From Calditrichia bacterium (lineage in GTDB: Bacteria; Calditrichota; Calditrichia; RBG-13-44-9; J075), in contig JBOEGD010000026.1 in assembly GCA_050633245.1 (NCBI GenBank), positions 1 through 64,000 of the forward strand: a DNA stretch of 64,000 nt, written 5' to 3'. The number at the start of each line of letters is the position of its first letter. The first letter of the stretch is position 1. A model generated the notes under the pieces. The model was not told the DNA's origin. It was given only the letters and a program-made list of their open reading frames with translations, and searched no databases. The translations under genes were made by a program, and so were the position numbers. Below, piece after piece: positions 20,398 to 29,840 of this stretch.

Positions 20398-20931
20398 TCA
20401 AGTAATTAGTTTGATTATCTCCAGAAAGGCCTCCATTAGCTTACAAAGCTCTTGTTTTAGATGTTTATTTTTAATATTACCTTCGGTGTCGAACTGTCCC
20501 CTTACGCCTTGGAGAAGCAGGTTGGTCTGCTCATTTACGTTGGAGTAGATTGTTCGCATGATGAGGTTTAGCGCCTCATGCGCTTTTGTGCCTTCGGTTG
20601 AGGCTGTAATTAATGCGACCGGCTTTTCGGAAAAGACGGTTGTTGAGACGGTCCACTCAATGGCATTCTTCAGTGCGCCGGGAAGACTAAAAACATATTC
20701 CGGTGTGCAAAAGATAACGCCATCTGCCCGGTCAATTTTGTTGCGAAGCTCAACAACACTTTCCGGTAAAGGAGCTTTATCTAAATCTGGATTGAAATGC
20801 GGTAAGTTTGCTAATCCTTCAAACAGTTCAATATGTATTGAATCGGCGAATTGTCGCTGTAAGAATTGCAAAATCAGTGTGTTTGTAGATTGAGCGCGGG
20901 TGCTTCCTGATATCGCCAGAATTGTGAGCAT
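20398..20931 (-). CDS. NADPH-dependent FMN reductase
   Basis: SGSTR, TPEY, LKNAIEW, KPVA. Confidence 0.92.
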   Translation of the reverse strand: MLTILAISGSTRAQSTNTLILQFLQRQFADSIHIELFEGLANLPHFNPDLDKAPLPESVVELRNKIDRADGVIFCTPEYVFSLPGALKNAIEWTVSTTVFSEKPVALITASTEGTKAHEALNLIMRTIYSNVNEQTNLLLQGVRGQFDTEGNIKNKHLKQELCKLMEAFLEIIKLIT

Positions 20932-20956
20932 TCTATCACTTTCAAAACATGATGCG

Positions 20957-21367
20957 TTATTTCATTACTTTAAAATACATGCCTCGAGATTCTGGAAGCG
21001 TGTCTTGAAAGCCATATTTTTCGTATAGTCGGTTTGCATTGCCATCGGCTATCAGGCTGACATAGCAAGTGTCTGGTAGAGTAGAAATAAATTCCATCAA
21101 TTTTTCCATAATTAATTTCCCGATGCCTTTGCCTTGCAGCTCTGGTAGCACACAAATGTCGACAATCTGACAGAAGCAGCCGCCATCACCAATAACGCGA
21201 CCCATTCCGATTGGCTCATCCTCTTCGTTTTTTACCAATACGGAGGCCAAACTGTTTGCCAGACCCGTTTTAGCCGCTAAGCCTGATTTACTGGAAAGGC
21301 CACAGGCCTTGCGAAGAGATTGATAAGTGCTGGCCGGGATTTCTGCGAAATTAACGCTAGAATTCAT
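20957..21367 (-). CDS. GNAT acetyltransferase (AttT-like)
   Basis: GMGRVIGDG, QGKGIG, LYEKYGF. Confidence 0.9.
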   Translation of the reverse strand: MNSSVNFAEIPASTYQSLRKACGLSSKSGLAAKTGLANSLASVLVKNEEDEPIGMGRVIGDGGCFCQIVDICVLPELQGKGIGKLIMEKLMEFISTLPDTCYVSLIADGNANRLYEKYGFQDTLPESRGMYFKVMK

Positions 21368-21377
21368 GTTATTATCT

Positions 21378-21980
21378 CTACTCATAGATTCTGATAATAT
21401 TGCCGTTGTCATTTCCCAGAACGCTGCGCACATAGCCGTTGACTACTTTGGGCATTGGAACCGGGTTATGTCCGGGGAAATAGCCGGCGTATTTAACCGC
21501 GGAATCCTCAACAAGTCCTGCGCAAACGGCGTTAATGCGATGTTGGTTAGTCATTTCAAGTGCGGCTGCGAGAACGAAGCTATGTATGGCACCGTTTACC
21601 ATAGCCGCACTGGTGGTCATAACCACCGGATCGTCTGCAAGTATGCCGGTTGTGAGCGTAAATGAGCCACCGGATGTCAAGTGTTTTTGGCCAATACGAA
21701 CCAGATTAACCTGTCCCATTAACTTGCTGCGCAGACCGATATGAAAATCTTCTTCTGACAGGTCTGCAAATGGAGCCCATTTGGCTTCACCTGCGGTGCA
21801 GATAATAGCGTCTACAATGCCTGTTTTTTCAAACATGGTTTCAATAGACTTGCTGTCGCTGATATCAACCGTTACATCGCCTGAACTGCGCCCGGCAATG
21901 ACTACTTCATGTTCCTTGCTGAAGTGGGCGACAACAGTTTTACCGATAGTGCCGTTTCCACCTACAATAAGTATTTTCAT
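21378..21980 (-). CDS. Short-chain dehydrogenase (atypical short SDR)
   Basis: GGNGTIG, SKLMGQVNL, RINAV. Confidence 0.9.
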   Translation of the reverse strand: MKILIVGGNGTIGKTVVAHFSKEHEVVIAGRSSGDVTVDISDSKSIETMFEKTGIVDAIICTAGEAKWAPFADLSEEDFHIGLRSKLMGQVNLVRIGQKHLTSGGSFTLTTGILADDPVVMTTSAAMVNGAIHSFVLAAALEMTNQHRINAVCAGLVEDSAVKYAGYFPGHNPVPMPKVVNGYVRSVLGNDNGNIIRIYE

Positions 21981-21999
21981 CAGTTCTCCTTTGCCAGAT

Positions 22000-22021
22000 A
22001 AGACGCGATGCATCGCGTCTT
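22000..22021. repeat. GTAG-type REP palindrome aagacgcgatgcatcgcgtctt, with degenerate copies to ~22124
   Basis: Perfect palindrome; related copies at 22071-22090, 22101-22120, 47851-47892 and 61832-61851. Confidence 0.8.
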
Positions 22022-22120
22022 TGCAAGATATCCGATAGACACAGTAAGCTGAGTGGTAGTGTCCAGTTGGATACGCGATGCTTCTCGTCTATACTGACTA
22101 AGACACATTGCAATGCGTCT

Positions 22121-23101
22121 TTACTTGTATGTTTCCAGTAGCGTTGTTTGTTCTTCGATTGCCGTGATAAACTCTGCCTTTAGATTTGCTATCAGCTCGC
22201 CAGTTGGCAACACATCATGGATAGTCGTTACGCCTTGTCCGGCAGACCAGATGGTCTTCCAGGCTTTTGCCTCCGCTTCAGCGGCATCGAGTTCCTTGCC
22301 AAAATCTACCTTTGCTGCCTTATTCCACAGCTCTTCGGTAATGCCCATCGATTCCAGACTGGGTCGCAGAAAGTTTGCACTTACTCCGGAGACAGCAGCA
22401 GTATAAACGATGTCACTCGCGCCGCTCTCAATAATCATTTCTTTGTATTCTTTCTCTGCCTTGCTTTCGGTGGTGTTGATAAAGCGCGTACCCAAATAGG
22501 CGAGGTCGGCACCCATCTGCATAGCCGAGGCAATGTCGCGGCCGTTACTGATACAACCGGAAAGCAGGATGGTTTTGTCATAGAAGCTGCGGATTTCCTG
22601 AATAAATGGCATCGGGTTGAGTGTTCCGGCATGTCCACCGGCTCCGGCAGCAACTAAGATCAAACCGTCAACACCAGCTCCTGCTGCCTTTTCAGCATGT
22701 CGGCGCTTTATAACGTCGTGAAAAACCAGTCCACCATAGCTATGTACCGCGTTCACAAGTTCAGATACTGCACCAAGCGACGTAATTATCAGCGGCACCT
22801 TGTGTTTTACACAAAGCTCCAGGTCTGCCTGCACGCGTGGGTTGCTGTGATGTACGATTAGATTAACGCCGTAGGGGGCAGCTTTTTTCCCGGTTGTTTG
22901 TTCAAACTCGTCGAGCGTTTCTTTAATCTCGATCAGCCATTTTTCAAAGCCCTCACTGGTTCGCTGATTAAGTGCCGGAAAAGTTCCGACGATGCCATTT
23001 TTGCAGCATTCGGTAACCAGCTTGGGACCCGAGATTAAGAACATTGGAGCGGCAACTGCCGGGAGGGAGAGCGAATCTATAAATGATGCTTTTGGTGACA
23101 T
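22121..23101 (-). CDS. Nitronate monooxygenase family flavoprotein
   Basis: APMFLIS, GAGGHAG, YLGTRFI, WSAGQG. Confidence 0.92.
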   Translation of the reverse strand: MSPKASFIDSLSLPAVAAPMFLISGPKLVTECCKNGIVGTFPALNQRTSEGFEKWLIEIKETLDEFEQTTGKKAAPYGVNLIVHHSNPRVQADLELCVKHKVPLIITSLGAVSELVNAVHSYGGLVFHDVIKRRHAEKAAGAGVDGLILVAAGAGGHAGTLNPMPFIQEIRSFYDKTILLSGCISNGRDIASAMQMGADLAYLGTRFINTTESKAEKEYKEMIIESGASDIVYTAAVSGVSANFLRPSLESMGITEELWNKAAKVDFGKELDAAEAEAKAWKTIWSAGQGVTTIHDVLPTGELIANLKAEFITAIEEQTTLLETYK

Positions 23102-23196
23102 ACGGTTTCCTTTTTGTAAAACTTCGGCCATAGGTTGGCTTTCAGTTTAAAACATTGAAATCGTATTCGCAATTGGAATCGTTCCGGTAAGATATC

Positions 23197-23219
23197 GGAG
23201 CAGTTTTCAAAACTGCTCC
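23197..23219. repeat. REP-like palindrome GGAGCAGTTTT-C-AAAACTGCTCC
   Basis: Copies at 23791-23815 and 56078-56116. Confidence 0.88.
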
Positions 23220-23262
23220 AATCTAATACTTCAAGACTGCTCCAGGTTTCAGCCTTGAATAA

Positions 23263-23763
23263 CTACATCTCAACTTTGGAAAGAGTTTTGTGCACCTCAT
23301 TTACACCCATTAGTGCGGCTGAGCCATACCATGGAACAAGCTCCATTACCAGGCTGCCATGTTGAATCGCCGGATCTGTTTCTGTCAGTGCCTTGGCTTC
23401 CTCGACGGTTTCAACGTTAAAGATATAAATGCCGCGTAGTTCGCCATCATTGAGAAAAGGACCAGCCAGCGATAGTTTCCCGGCCTCTGCCATCCGTCCA
23501 ATATTCTTCATATGTGCAGCTTGTAGCTGAGCAGATTTCTTCTCATCCGTTGGGCGATTGGGGCCACGCTTTAAAAATGCCATAACATACTTGCGCATTC
23601 CGTAATTGTCTGCACCATATTTGGCCGCTAACTCGGGATTGTATGTAGACTCCTGAACAACTTCTGCCGGTTGCGTTGGTTCGCCGGACTCGGCGGTATC
23701 AGTTTTTTGTTCTACGCTGCATGCAAGGGTTGCTATTGCAAGAAAAAACAGGACGAATCGCAT
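23263..23763 (-). CDS. YciI-family lipoprotein
   Basis: TLAC lipobox; AHM, AGPF, DPA motifs. Confidence 0.85.
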   Translation of the reverse strand: MRFVLFFLAIATLACSVEQKTDTAESGEPTQPAEVVQESTYNPELAAKYGADNYGMRKYVMAFLKRGPNRPTDEKKSAQLQAAHMKNIGRMAEAGKLSLAGPFLNDGELRGIYIFNVETVEEAKALTETDPAIQHGSLVMELVPWYGSAALMGVNEVHKTLSKVEM

Positions 23764-23790
23764 CGCTTTATCCTTTGTTTTTAACTTAAC

Positions 23791-23815
23791 TGGAGCAGTT
23801 TTTAAAACTGCTCCA
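23791..23815. repeat. REP-like palindrome TGGAGCAGTTTT-T-AAAACTGCTCCA
   Basis: Same family as 23197; also followed by atcta. Confidence 0.88.
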
Positions 23816-23837
23816 ATCTATTCTAATCTGCTCTAAA

Positions 23838-25931
23838 CTAGTTTACAATTGGTTTACCCGTAAGCTTCATCAGCAAATAAGAGAACTGCAGTCCGGCTAC
23901 TTTCGCGCGCTGCGCATTTGTTGAAGAACCAGCGTGTCCACCTTCAGTGTTTTCGTAATAGAAAACCTTATGTCCCATAGCATTCATTTTAGCAACCATT
24001 TTTCGAGCATGTCCGGGATGAACGCGATCGTCTCTGGTTGACGTTGTGAAAAATACTTCCGGGTATTCGGTGTCTTTTTTCAGGTTATGATAGGGGGAAT
24101 AGGTCTTGATGAATTCCCATTCTTCCGGCTTGTCGGGATCACCATACTCACCCATCCAGCTTGCACCGGCAAGCAGTTTGTTAAAGCGCTTCATGTCCAG
24201 TAGCGGTACAGCGCAAATGACTGCGTTATACAAATCAGGTCGCTGAGTGAATGCGACGCCTACCAGAAGGCCACCGTTACTGCCTCCCATAATTCCAAGA
24301 TTGCGGGAAGATGTAATCTTTCGTTTGATCAGGTTTTCGGCAACGGAATGGAAATCGTCATAGACTCGCTGGCGATTCTCTTTTAGTCCGGCCTGATGCC
24401 AGCGCGGCCCAAATTCTCCACCACCACGGATGTTCGCCAGAACAAAAACGCCGCCATTGGCCAGCCAGTTATTACCAAACGTGCCTGAATAAAAAGGTAG
24501 CATAGGGACTTCAAATCCACCATAGCCATATAGCAAGGTTGGGTTTGCTCCATTGCGATCCATGTTTTTTGCACCGACAACAAAGTATGGAATTTTAGTG
24601 CCATCTTTGGATATCGACTCATACTGCACAACCTCATATTTTTCGCCGTCAAAGAATGCAGGAAGTGATTGTACCACCTGAATACTGTTTTTTGCGTCAT
24701 CCGCAAAAAACAGGGAGGATGGTGTCAGGAAGTTTTGATAGTAAAAGAAATATTGATCGGTTAAGTCATCGCTTGCGCTCAGGCGAATCGTGCCATAGTC
24801 GGGAGCGTCGATCTTTTTTGAAACCCATTCACCATAGTTAAAGCTGTAAGAGCGAAGCTCACTCTTTACATTGGTAAGAACGTTAATAATCAGTTGATTT
24901 CGAGTCGACAACATTGACGTAACGCTCGATGTCTCGTCTGGAACAAAGACGACGCTCAATTCGTACTCGCCTTTAAGCAGCTTATCGTAGTGCGCACTGA
25001 TTACAGCTCCCTGAGGAAGCGTTTTGCCATTAACCTCCCAGTCAGATTTTAGCTCAATAATCGCCTGATCGCCTAAGATCTCACTAAGGTCTGCATCATC
25101 TGGAATGGCCAGCTCAATAAGCTGGTTGTTTTCGTAGGCATAGGTTTTGGAGGTGTAAAATGTGATAGCCTGCGTGAGCATGGTGTAAGTGCGATTCGGC
25201 TTGTTAACGGTAAATCCCCAAGTGCCGACATCAGATTCGTTTCCTGTAAAGATGAGCTTGGCGCTTTCGAGCGGTGTTCCACGCTTCCAGATCTTAACCT
25301 GTCGCGGATAGCCAGACGTTGTTACTGTGCCTTCACCAAAGTTGCTGGATATAAGAAGCGTATTTTTGTCGATCCAGCTTGCAGCACCTTTTGCTTCCGG
25401 CATCTCAAAACCTTTTTCAACAAATGCTTTTTTCTCAACGTTGAATTCGCGGCGAACAACAGCATCGCCTCCTCCTTTAGACAAAGAGAGAATAAAGAGA
25501 TTGTAATCGGGAGATAAACCCGTAGCGCCTTTGAATACCCACTTGATGCTATCTTGTGAGTACATTGCATCCAGATCGAGCAGCGTTTCCCATTCAGGTT
25601 CTCCGCTCATATAGGTAGTTTTAGCCGTACGGCGCCAGATGCCGCGTTCATTTTGCTGATCCTGCCAGAAATTGTAGATATAGTTTCCGTAAATGCTCGG
25701 CGTAGGAATGCGGTCTGCGGAATTGTAGATTTCCAGGCTCTTCTCATAAATTGGCTGATAGCTTTCCTGCTTCATCAGAACGTCTAGCGTTTTGGTGTTT
25801 TGTTCTTCAACCCAACTCAATGCTTTTTGGTCGTCTACATTTTCTAACCATTGATGCGGATCCTGCTCTTGGGCAAATCCAGCTGCAAATAAGATGTTTA
25901 AAATGAGTACGGTTTGTAAAGCTTTCTTCAT
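23838..25931 (-). CDS. Prolyl oligopeptidase (S9A), secreted
   Basis: DP..WLE, YGYGGF, GGSNGG, DDRV, GGH triad; signal peptide. Confidence 0.95.
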   Translation of the reverse strand: MKKALQTVLILNILFAAGFAQEQDPHQWLENVDDQKALSWVEEQNTKTLDVLMKQESYQPIYEKSLEIYNSADRIPTPSIYGNYIYNFWQDQQNERGIWRRTAKTTYMSGEPEWETLLDLDAMYSQDSIKWVFKGATGLSPDYNLFILSLSKGGGDAVVRREFNVEKKAFVEKGFEMPEAKGAASWIDKNTLLISSNFGEGTVTTSGYPRQVKIWKRGTPLESAKLIFTGNESDVGTWGFTVNKPNRTYTMLTQAITFYTSKTYAYENNQLIELAIPDDADLSEILGDQAIIELKSDWEVNGKTLPQGAVISAHYDKLLKGEYELSVVFVPDETSSVTSMLSTRNQLIINVLTNVKSELRSYSFNYGEWVSKKIDAPDYGTIRLSASDDLTDQYFFYYQNFLTPSSLFFADDAKNSIQVVQSLPAFFDGEKYEVVQYESISKDGTKIPYFVVGAKNMDRNGANPTLLYGYGGFEVPMLPFYSGTFGNNWLANGGVFVLANIRGGGEFGPRWHQAGLKENRQRVYDDFHSVAENLIKRKITSSRNLGIMGGSNGGLLVGVAFTQRPDLYNAVICAVPLLDMKRFNKLLAGASWMGEYGDPDKPEEWEFIKTYSPYHNLKKDTEYPEVFFTTSTRDDRVHPGHARKMVAKMNAMGHKVFYYENTEGGHAGSSTNAQRAKVAGLQFSYLLMKLTGKPIVN

Positions 25932-26171
25932 TGTTCTCTTCTTTGCTTTGAAGTGAAACATCATAATTTAGAGTATTGCAATTTGGCAATTTGTTAAAAT
26001 CTACTAAAAGCAAATTGAAATTACCATAGTCCATCTTACGTAGGTTATAGCTATTTGTTCACTATAATAGAGAAATGTAAAGCGTCTTGAAAGATAGTGA
26101 AATTAATAACTTAGAACCATCTTGGGAATACGTGAGTATATTAATAACAGACTATTACGGGAGGATAGCTT

Positions 26172-26303
26172 ATGGACGGCTTAAGTATAATTACACTTAT
26201 CTTATTGGGCCTCATCGTTTTGGCACTTCTTTTTGGTGCGATGGCCCGACGAAATGATCGTAAGCAAAAGAAAAACCGCATTAACGTGGATGATTTTTTG
26301 TAA
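26172..26303 (+). CDS. Unannotated 43-aa single-TM small protein MDGLSIITLILLGLIVLALLFGAMARRNDRKQKKNRINVDDFL
   Basis: GGGAGG SD; hydrophobic helix followed by a basic tail; translated by hand. Confidence 0.7.
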   Translation: MDGLSIITLILLGLIVLALLFGAMARRNDRKQKKNRINVDDFL

Positions 26304-26666
26304 GATCAATAAGGTGGTACGTAAACAGAGTTTTCACGATTTCTCGTATTCCTGTTAACGCGGTTAACACAAATGAGTATAGCATACCCACTGCCCACTT
26401 CTTCAATCTCAAGCAGACCCTCAACAAGAACCACAGTTTAATGCACTTTTTGTATTCTTCACCTATTTAGACCGACAAACGGTCTGTTTTGGCACATTTA
26501 TTGAGTAAAAATTTGTAGAAACGCGAAAAAACGCATGTTTATCTCTCTATAAAATTAGAGAGCATCACATTTCTCTGGAGGGAGAGCGTTGCATAGGGGA
26601 CCAATTCGTCTGCGCTAAGCAGACAACACATCAGTTAAATCTCTACCCATGAAAGGGGGAGGCATT

Positions 26667-26762
26667 ATGGATGGACCAATGATAGCCACATTGCTCGCCA
26701 TACTGATTATGGTCTTGTCATTCCTGATTTGCGCATCGATCGATCGCGCAAGTGACAGCTAG
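26667..26762 (+). CDS. Unannotated 31-aa single-TM peptide MDGPMIATLLAILIMVLSFLICASIDRASDS
   Basis: GGGGGAGG SD; same MDG start and helix layout as the 26172 ORF. Confidence 0.6.
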   Translation: MDGPMIATLLAILIMVLSFLICASIDRASDS

Positions 26763-27598
26763 TGTTGGAGTGCACTGGCAAAATTTTTCTGACGATTCGG
26801 GATGGAAGATTCTACTTCCTGTAACTCTACTTCGTATAGCGTGGGCCATAGCTTACCGGTTAGGTAATACCGATTGCTGGCGGGGTTATATGCAATGCCG
26901 TTTAGCACTGCTGAATTTCCGCTGGTTCCGGAAAGACTTACCAGGTTTTCGCATTCGATAATTGCGGTTACCTTACCATCTGATGGTCTGATTTGTACGA
27001 TGTAATCACGCTGCCATACATTGGCGTAGATGCTGCCGTTTATGAATTCCAGTTCATTGAGTCTTGAAACAGGACTACCGTCCAGTGTTACGTCTATCTG
27101 GCGTGTTATGTCAAAATTTTCATTGCGAAAAACAATCGTGCTGCTGCCATTGCTCATAATATATTGCATTGAGTCTGTGGTCAGTCCCCACCCCTCGCCG
27201 GAGTAAGTTATCGTATCCAGCGAGTCGAATGTTGCCAGATCGTAAACGAATGCGCGTTGAGACTGCCAGGTAAGCTGGACAAGACGACCGTTCATCTCTG
27301 CCAAGCCTTCTGCAAAAAAGTTCGCACTCACGCTTTTTGAGTTAATAACAGAGCCATCTGCCAAATTGACTTTGCGAAGAGTGGAGCTGCCATAGCGTCC
27401 GGTGCTTTCATATAGAAAGCCATCTTTCAGAAGAAGCCCTTGAGTAAATGCATTTATGTCGTGCGGAAAACTGTCTACCACAACCGGTCGAAAGATCTTA
27501 ACATCCTCACCGGGGGTCGGGTTGGGAGATACCGGCGAGTTACTGCTACAGCCAAGGACGATCAGGCTGTAGATGAAAAATATGCTGATTCGAAACAT
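26759..27598 (-). CDS. Glutaminyl-peptide cyclotransferase (type I glutamine cyclase), lipoprotein
   Basis: FTQGL, YESTG, FAEGL, QLTW, EGWGL, LNELE, VLNGIA, TGKLWP; VLGC lipobox. Confidence 0.95.
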   Translation of the reverse strand: MFRISIFFIYSLIVLGCSSNSPVSPNPTPGEDVKIFRPVVVDSFPHDINAFTQGLLLKDGFLYESTGRYGSSTLRKVNLADGSVINSKSVSANFFAEGLAEMNGRLVQLTWQSQRAFVYDLATFDSLDTITYSGEGWGLTTDSMQYIMSNGSSTIVFRNENFDITRQIDVTLDGSPVSRLNELEFINGSIYANVWQRDYIVQIRPSDGKVTAIIECENLVSLSGTSGNSAVLNGIAYNPASNRYYLTGKLWPTLYEVELQEVESSIPNRQKNFASALQH

Positions 27599-27618
27599 TG
27601 TATTCTCCATTAAACTTT

Positions 27619-27684
27619 AATCGGGAATCGGGAATCGGGAATCGGGAATCGGGAATCGGGAATCGGGAATCGGGAATCGGGAAT
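27619..27684. repeat. Heptamer tandem repeat (AATCGGG) x9 flanked by the 10-bp direct repeat ATTAAACTTT
   Basis: Nine perfect units; flanking repeats at 27609-27618 and 27685-27694. Confidence 0.95.
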
Positions 27685-27724
27685 ATTAAACTTTTGCAGG
27701 TCTTTGTCAAACAATATACACCGT

Positions 27725-28561
27725 TCACCGCTCACCGCTCACCATCTGCACCAACCAAGCCAGCGGATCACTGAATGGCCTCGATCGAATTCCCCGGTAA
27801 GGCGAGTTCCTATTAAGCCAGTTGTTTGCCTCAACCCGGTATTGATACTCAGCTGCAGTTAATTCCTGAAAACATTCCACGAGTCTTCCATAACGTAGCT
27901 CTTGATATGTGGTGATACGTTTCAGTGGGTAGATAGATCCTTGCTGAGTACGGTATGCAACCAGCGCATTCAGCTTTCTGTTGTACGCAGTGGAAATGTC
28001 TATCAGACAGTTTATTCGCTTTGCTGTTAACGGCACACCGAGTTGCATGATCCTGATTCTTTGATTTTCCTTTGCCAGCGCTGCAATAACCAGTGCTACC
28101 TTCAGATGCTCCGGGTGGAAATCTATATGGGACGGAGCGTAAATAATCTCAGCTTTACTTATATGGAATTTAACAGCCTGTATAAATTCATCTGGTTTCC
28201 AAGTCCCTTCTGGAAGCTGAAGCTGGGTGAATGTCGAACGCAGTTCTTTAGATGCTTGTATTGCTTCCTGTTTTCGGTGAGTAATCATTTCATCCGTTGC
28301 AAGTCCGTTTGCTTTAGAACGTCGTCCGTCTGTCACAATGAGAACGTCGACCGTGGCGCCAGCTTCAAGATGTTGTACAATGGCACCACCGGCTCCGATG
28401 GTTTCATCATCAGGATGGGGGGCAATAACCAGAATGCGCTGTCTTTCGGGTTTGATAAATGGTCGTCTTCTATCGATTAAACCAATGAGTTGAAATCCCC
28501 TTCCCCAGATATACTCGACAAGATTAAACACAGATCGTTTTAACATTTGTCTTCTGGTCAT
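27725..28561 (-). CDS. PIG-L/LmbE family deacetylase
   Basis: APHPDDE, TDG, R..EA, HPEH. Confidence 0.92.
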   Translation of the reverse strand: MTRRQMLKRSVFNLVEYIWGRGFQLIGLIDRRRPFIKPERQRILVIAPHPDDETIGAGGAIVQHLEAGATVDVLIVTDGRRSKANGLATDEMITHRKQEAIQASKELRSTFTQLQLPEGTWKPDEFIQAVKFHISKAEIIYAPSHIDFHPEHLKVALVIAALAKENQRIRIMQLGVPLTAKRINCLIDISTAYNRKLNALVAYRTQQGSIYPLKRITTYQELRYGRLVECFQELTAAEYQYRVEANNWLNRNSPYRGIRSRPFSDPLAWLVQMVSGER

Positions 28562-28562
28562 C

Positions 28563-29639
28563 TCAGATAATGTCAAAATCGCCTCCGGTAGAATACCATT
28601 TCTGCGGGTCTTGCAAGGCCGAATAATCGAGGCCTTCAGCAAAAGGAACAATAGAGACATCAAAACTACCATACCGTTTGATAAACCCGGCGCGGTGATA
28701 GTGTTTCGTCACAAACGAACGTTCTGGTATTACCGAAAGCAGAGCGCGTGCACCTTTGTTGGTCATCTCTTGAATCGCTGCTTTAAGAAGCGATGCAAGT
28801 GCTGCCTCATCTTCAGGAAGACAAAATAAATCTGCGATATAGGCAACGAGCTTGCCATCTAAATTTCTCAAGCGACATACCACGTATCCACAAAGCTCAC
28901 CACGGTTGTCGTACGCGGCGATTGGGTAATATTCATTGTGCGGAGAATCCAGATAACGATAGCGCAACCACGCAGCGTTTCGAACGACACAGGCTGGATA
29001 GTGTGGCTTGAGCTTTTGCCAGAGTGTGTCGAACTCTTCATCAACTCTGCTGATTGATCGAGTAGAGATTGATTGTGAAAGGTGCTGGAGCCGCCGGTCG
29101 TAAAACTTATTCGACGCCTTGCTTATCAGAGAGGTGACTCCGGCCATGATTTGTAGGGATTTTGGCAACATGCGTCCGGCATCAAGCAATCGCCACATCC
29201 ATATTCCCTGATACATGGTTTGCCAGTTTAAATAGTGACTGCGTGTTCCCCAGCCTTTATGCGGGAACCCGGTTACAAAAGCAACGTTATTACCTGCCCA
29301 GTTTTGGTGCGCAGTCTCTCCAATGGTGCTTAAAATTCCCTGTCGGCGAAAATCCGGGTGCGTCATTACATCGCAGACATGCACGATTTGGTGTTCCGTT
29401 TCGTGCAGATGGAAACGCATTGCTGTCGCTGCATATTGTCCGGCAATCTTACCTCTTGAGTCAGCTACCCAGGTCGTTGCCGTTCCGGTAGGCCAGGGGG
29501 AATTAACCACTTTCCAGAGGTACTCTGCCTCCGTCATCTTTTTATTGAATATGGTATTGAATAGCGGAACAGTTTGTTGTTCATCGCCGATCTGATAACC
29601 GCGCACAATCCATGAACTTTTAGAATCTTTACCGGGCAT
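28563..29639 (-). CDS. Double-GNAT acetyltransferase
   Basis: DVMTHPDFRRQGI; WLRYRY; second GNAT-like lobe. Confidence 0.82.
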   Translation of the reverse strand: MPGKDSKSSWIVRGYQIGDEQQTVPLFNTIFNKKMTEAEYLWKVVNSPWPTGTATTWVADSRGKIAGQYAATAMRFHLHETEHQIVHVCDVMTHPDFRRQGILSTIGETAHQNWAGNNVAFVTGFPHKGWGTRSHYLNWQTMYQGIWMWRLLDAGRMLPKSLQIMAGVTSLISKASNKFYDRRLQHLSQSISTRSISRVDEEFDTLWQKLKPHYPACVVRNAAWLRYRYLDSPHNEYYPIAAYDNRGELCGYVVCRLRNLDGKLVAYIADLFCLPEDEAALASLLKAAIQEMTNKGARALLSVIPERSFVTKHYHRAGFIKRYGSFDVSIVPFAEGLDYSALQDPQKWYSTGGDFDII

Positions 29640-29679
29640 AGCACAATATAGATTAGTGAGAGGGTTTGGGCAACGGGAT

Positions 29680-29840
29680 AAAAGCAGGAGTCAGGAGTTC
29701 CCGGACGGCCGGGATCAGGTGTCAGGCAGAAAGGCAGAAAGGCAGAAAATAAGGTGAGAAACGGTGAGAAGTGGTGAGAAGTGGTAAGGGATCGAGCTGT
29801 GTCTCGATCCAGCTTATCAATAATAATTCATCATTCATCA
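29680..29840. repeat. Mosaic intergenic repeat tract: (AGGCAGAA)x3, (GGTGAGAA..)x3, TCGA hairpin, (TTCATCA)n
   Basis: Directly visible; units shared with 2431-2545, 16720-16800 and 31900-31957. Confidence 0.75.

Noticed and set aside
10340-25931. Integron cassette array
   Set aside because: Most gaps are too short, no recurring attC (RYYYAAC...GTTRRRY) structure was found, and there is no integrase
26520-26666. Known riboswitch upstream of the micro-ORF
   Set aside because: Hairpins are present, but I could not match a known aptamer consensus
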